NCBI RefSeq assembly: GCF_002087085.1
Contig: NZ_MWQY01000012.1
Span: 124,001 to 163,418 of the forward strand
Length of the DNA: 39,418 bases
Direction of reading: 5' to 3'
The notes beneath the pieces are model-generated. The model was not told the DNA's origin and searched no databases. It saw only the letters and a list, made by a program, of their open reading frames with translations. Each line of letters begins with the position of its first letter. The first letter of the stretch is position 1. Below, in pieces: positions 35,890 to 39,418 of the stretch. A program made the position numbers and the translations under genes.

Positions 35890-37840
35890 ATCCCTGGAGG
35901 AGAGGCGCCACCACAGGAATTTTCAGCTTGAAAACAGTACCTTCTCCCTCGGTACTTTCGCAGTTCAGGGTTCCCCCCAGGATGTTCCGGGCGCTGTTGT
36001 AGGCGATATTCAGTCCCAGCCCTGTTCCTCCCCGGCCCAGGCGGGTGGTAAAAAAAGGATCAAAAATCTTTTTCCGAATCTCTGCAGGAATACCCTTTCC
36101 GTTGTCCTGAACTGAGATTTGCACCATGGGAATTTCTTCTCCGGGGGGTTCGGAAATCCTTCCTGCTTTGATCCAGATGCTGCCACTGTCGTCGTCATCC
36201 CAGGCGTGGGCCAGTGCGTTGGTGATCAGGTTTGTTAGTATCTGTCCCAGAGAGCCGGGATAACTGTCCATCTCGACCTCCTGTTCCAGATCTGTTTCCA
36301 TCCTGTGTCTGCTGTGCCTGATCATCGGATTCATGGTCAGAAGTACATCGTGAATCATGGTATCCAGAAAAAATTTTCTGCGTACAGAACTTGTCTGATC
36401 ACTGGCCACATGCTTGAAACTGTTAATAAGCTCCGCAGCCCTGGAAACATTACGTTCGGCGATATCGAGTCCCTCGTCGCAGTAACGGAGAAAACGTTCC
36501 AGGGTGGAGCGCCTAAGCCCTGACGACACCTCCCTCCCAAGTTCGTGTGTCTCTGCCTTAAGGCTTGAGATTGACATGATTGCATTCCCGATGGGGGTAT
36601 TCAATTCATGGGCCACACCGGCAACGAGTCGACCCAGGGCCGCCTGTTTCTCGGTCTGGATCAGTATTTCCTGCATCCGGTTCATATTCTCCAGGGTTTC
36701 CTGCAATTCCCGGTTGCTGTTTTCCAGGGCCCGGGTTCTCTCCTGTACCCGGTCTTCCAGTTTCTGGTTCAGGCGTATCAGGGATTTTTCCCGGTCGAAA
36801 ATCTTGTCAGCCATTATTTTCTGGCTTTCAGAAAGCTCATGGAATTCCCGGATCATCCAGTCTTTCTGGGGCGTGTAATGGTGTCCTTCGGCGATTTTCT
36901 GGGACTGCTGCATCAGGTGCATTACCTGGGTATTCAGCCGGTATGACCAGAGGGGAGACAAAAGGAGTGCTAAAACGAGGTACGAGATCGAAAGAAAGAT
37001 TATATCTATAAGGGTGTTCCTGATATACCTGTTGTCGAGGCCCGCCGGTATAAGGTTCATAAAAATCCATCCCAGCTTTTCTGAAATGTCCGCAGCGGGA
37101 TAATAGTTTTTTCCGTTTACTGTAACGGTAACAGGAAGCTGTTGACTGTCGAGAGCCTGCTGAATCGCTCTGTTCCCCAGCACATTTGTAATTCCGGTAC
37201 TGAATTCGTTGTCTGTATCGACGATCAGTTCACCACGTTTATCAACCACCCACAGGCGCACGGAGCTCTCTGCCGCGATCTCTACCGTTGACAGCAGGGC
37301 TTCCAGAGAGATTTCGGCTATGGCAGTATGGTTTTCCATCCGTATGCCCACTCCCACAGAAGTGTCGCCGGATAAAACGGAGATGAACTTGTCGCTCCAC
37401 ACTGATTGATTTGAGTTCTGCAGAGCTGAATAGAGAGAACTGTAGGAGAAGTCGATTCCGATGAAATCCTCGTGCAGAGGGTTTCGATGATCCTTTGCAT
37501 GTACAGCATAGGTCTGTCCGTTTCCGTCCAGAAAATAGATGACCCGGATGCTTTCATGCTGCGGCAGTACGGCCTGCAGCAGATCGGCGAAGTCTTCGGT
37601 ATCCATTCTCAGACTGGCCTGAGTCAGGATTCCGATGCTCTCTTCTATCCCGGCCAGCAGTCCCTCGGTTCGCCTGACCAGTATTTTGGATTCCTGTCTG
37701 GCTCTCTCCATATTTTCCGCCGCGAAGGTGGACTGTCGCAGCAGAAAAATTATAGTTCCGGAAATCAGAAGGGTTATTATGGAGGAAGAAATAATCAGCC
37801 AGAAGATGAACCAGCGAAAGGTGTAGGGACGGATTTTCAT
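35888..37840 (-). CDS. Cache-domain sensor histidine kinase
   Basis: 2 TM around a dCache-like region, coiled coil, AGVAHELNTPIG, QILTNLITNA, DNGKGI and FDPFFTTRLGRGGTGLGL. Confidence 0.93.
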   Translation of the reverse strand: MKIRPYTFRWFIFWLIISSSIITLLISGTIIFLLRQSTFAAENMERARQESKILVRRTEGLLAGIEESIGILTQASLRMDTEDFADLLQAVLPQHESIRVIYFLDGNGQTYAVHAKDHRNPLHEDFIGIDFSYSSLYSALQNSNQSVWSDKFISVLSGDTSVGVGIRMENHTAIAEISLEALLSTVEIAAESSVRLWVVDKRGELIVDTDNEFSTGITNVLGNRAIQQALDSQQLPVTVTVNGKNYYPAADISEKLGWIFMNLIPAGLDNRYIRNTLIDIIFLSISYLVLALLLSPLWSYRLNTQVMHLMQQSQKIAEGHHYTPQKDWMIREFHELSESQKIMADKIFDREKSLIRLNQKLEDRVQERTRALENSNRELQETLENMNRMQEILIQTEKQAALGRLVAGVAHELNTPIGNAIMSISSLKAETHELGREVSSGLRRSTLERFLRYCDEGLDIAERNVSRAAELINSFKHVASDQTSSVRRKFFLDTMIHDVLLTMNPMIRHSRHRMETDLEQEVEMDSYPGSLGQILTNLITNALAHAWDDDDSGSIWIKAGRISEPPGEEIPMVQISVQDNGKGIPAEIRKKIFDPFFTTRLGRGGTGLGLNIAYNSARNILGGTLNCESTEGEGTVFKLKIPVVAPLLQG

Positions 37841-38985
37841 AAGGGGGATTTCTCGAATTTCTGGTTTCGGATAATAACGAAGGAAGAGTCCCTGCGGGTA
37901 TCACCGTATTCATTAATTATGAACTCCTGCTGAAGCCCCTGGTAGGGACTGTTCCGCAGTATTGCCTCTTTCAGTGATTCACCCTGTCTGCGATTTTTTT
38001 CCGCTACCAGAATGACCTGGACGGTTTCGTAGGCTATAACGCCGGAGAAGTTTGGTTCTATCTTGAATCTTTTACGATACTCGTCGATAAAGCGAAGAAA
38101 TCTCTCCTGGGTGCCGAACTTGTCGAAGATCTGGAGGACCTCGACTCCCTCAACGGCTTTTCCTCCCAGTTCTATAAGCTGCTGGGTCCCCGCCCACTCC
38201 ACGGCAATTATCGGGGTACTGATATCCACTTTACGTATCTGCTGAGCGAGCCTGGCGACATCAACCGAATTGGCTACAAGAAGGACGGCTTCCGGTTCCG
38301 GTGCCAGCAATTCTTCTACAAGATCGTTATAGCCGGTCAGGACCAGAGAATTAAAGGATGATTGTGCTTTAATTTCTCCCCCCAGGCGGGAGTAGGCCTT
38401 CTCGAATTCAGCGACCCAGTTCTGCGAAAAGGAGAAATTCTGGAGATCAAAGGCAATGGTAGTAGTGGAATAGTCCCGCCTGCGGACCATGAAATCGGCA
38501 TAATCCTCCGCGTTCTCCGTTGTACTGGAACAGAGACGAAAAAGATTGTCATCTTTTCCGACCAGTTGCAAAGCCGAGGAGGTGGGGGTAAATACCAGCA
38601 TCCCTGCGTGTTCGGTAACAGTCATTACCGCTTCGGTCATGGTGGTGCTGAAAGCCCCGATAATGGCTTCCACCCGCTGATTCACCAGGTCCTGGGCTGC
38701 GGTTATAGCCATTATCCGGTTATGACCGTCATCCCGTATCAGGAGGTCTATGTGGCGGCCCTTTACGCCGCCCATACGGTTGGCTTCTTCCACGGCCAGG
38801 AGAGCCCCGTTACGGCCTGCCTCGCCGGAATCGGCGTTACCTCCGGAAAGTCCGCTTATGAGGCCGAGTTTGTAGGCCTCCCCGGTACATGACTGAAGAA
38901 GAAGGCCGACGAGAAGCATCATGGGCATGAGAAATAGTAATCTGTGAATGGCTGAACCCACTGCTGCCTGAGGTTCTCTTTTCAT
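37837..38985 (-). CDS. Branched-chain amino acid ABC-type (LivJ-like) substrate-binding lipoprotein
   Basis: Lipobox LLQSC, LSGGNADSG, GGVKGRHIDLLIRDD and NLFRL. 4-bp overlap with the kinase. The true start may be downstream (e.g. 38928). Confidence 0.88.
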   Translation of the reverse strand: MKREPQAAVGSAIHRLLFLMPMMLLVGLLLQSCTGEAYKLGLISGLSGGNADSGEAGRNGALLAVEEANRMGGVKGRHIDLLIRDDGHNRIMAITAAQDLVNQRVEAIIGAFSTTMTEAVMTVTEHAGMLVFTPTSSALQLVGKDDNLFRLCSSTTENAEDYADFMVRRRDYSTTTIAFDLQNFSFSQNWVAEFEKAYSRLGGEIKAQSSFNSLVLTGYNDLVEELLAPEPEAVLLVANSVDVARLAQQIRKVDISTPIIAVEWAGTQQLIELGGKAVEGVEVLQIFDKFGTQERFLRFIDEYRKRFKIEPNFSGVIAYETVQVILVAEKNRRQGESLKEAILRNSPYQGLQQEFIINEYGDTRRDSSFVIIRNQKFEKSPL

Positions 38986-39107
38986 GAAATACAGACCTCT
39001 TTACACGTTAACCAACGTGTTCTTAGTTTTTATGGTAGTCTGTCGCCGGCAAGGAAGCAAATTTTTCGGGAGAAAGAAGGTTTAGTGTTCCTGACCGTGG
39101 GGATATC

Positions 39108-39416
39108 TTACGCCCATGAATAGGCGGGAAGGTATTCTGCCATCTGTTTCATGGGTGTACTGATTCCTCGAAGCCAGATTACGATATCGCTGCTTGAGAG
39201 CCATCTGCTCCTTGAGAAAAAACGGCGCCGGGTAAATACAGTCTTCATCTCAGATGCGATAGGTTGAGCTGGAATACCTGCCCACTCTGCATGGGTCTTT
39301 CTGCTCTCCTCTCTCTTCCCGATCCGATACGGCTTGATGTAATTGTGATACAGCCGATAGACTGCAAGCCGCTCCATGCAGTTGTTCGCGTTCCGGGCGA
39401 ACTGAACCGTCTCCCG
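39108..39416 (-). mobile_element. 3' end of a probable transposase (IS1-like DDE C-terminus), truncated by the window edge
   Basis: Frame is open to the window end: RETVQFARNANNCMERLAVYRLYHNYIKPYR...THAEWAGI resembles the R-x-T-x-x-F...HN-x-x-(K/R)P...TPA..AG tail of IS1-like transposases. Confidence 0.5.
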
Positions 39417-39418
39417 GG

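Noticed and set aside
1..39418. tRNA, rRNA, CRISPR arrays, riboswitches, integrase/att sites
   Set aside because: None recognised by eye and intergenic gaps are short; a covariance-model (Rfam/tRNAscan) search would be needed to exclude small RNAs.

Overview
Gene-dense bacterial chromosomal window, most likely from a free-living anaerobic spirochaete (inferred from FapA/DUF342, DUF2259 and the overall protein set). From left to right: fapA-like 3' end, lgt, a sigma-70 factor without region 1.1, cheY-fur-cheW-MCP, a polyprenol/diacylglycerol kinase-like gene with a sigma-54-type promoter, several membrane or secreted hypotheticals and a DAACS symporter. Next is a minus-strand unit of a fused PlsAR/activase-like protein, a large GH13 protein and an SDR-like protein. 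A copper island (about 19.7-27.2 kb) follows, then a [2Fe-2S] protein plus group B [FeFe]-hydrogenase, a degenerate kinase-like ORF with YesM/YesN-type regulators and a TRAP transporter, a Cache histidine kinase/binding-protein pair, and the 3' end of a probable transposase. The most striking feature is the copper island. A CsoR-type operator sits in the promoter of copB-RR-HK (CopRS-like). CopR-like direct repeats precede a Met/His-rich SHOCT protein, a methyltransferase and an apparently intact PTS Enzyme I fused to a C-terminal YHS metal-binding domain. This is a candidate undescribed link between copper and PEP-dependent phosphorelay. No RNA genes or CRISPR arrays were recognised. All calls come from reading motifs by eye; no searches were run.
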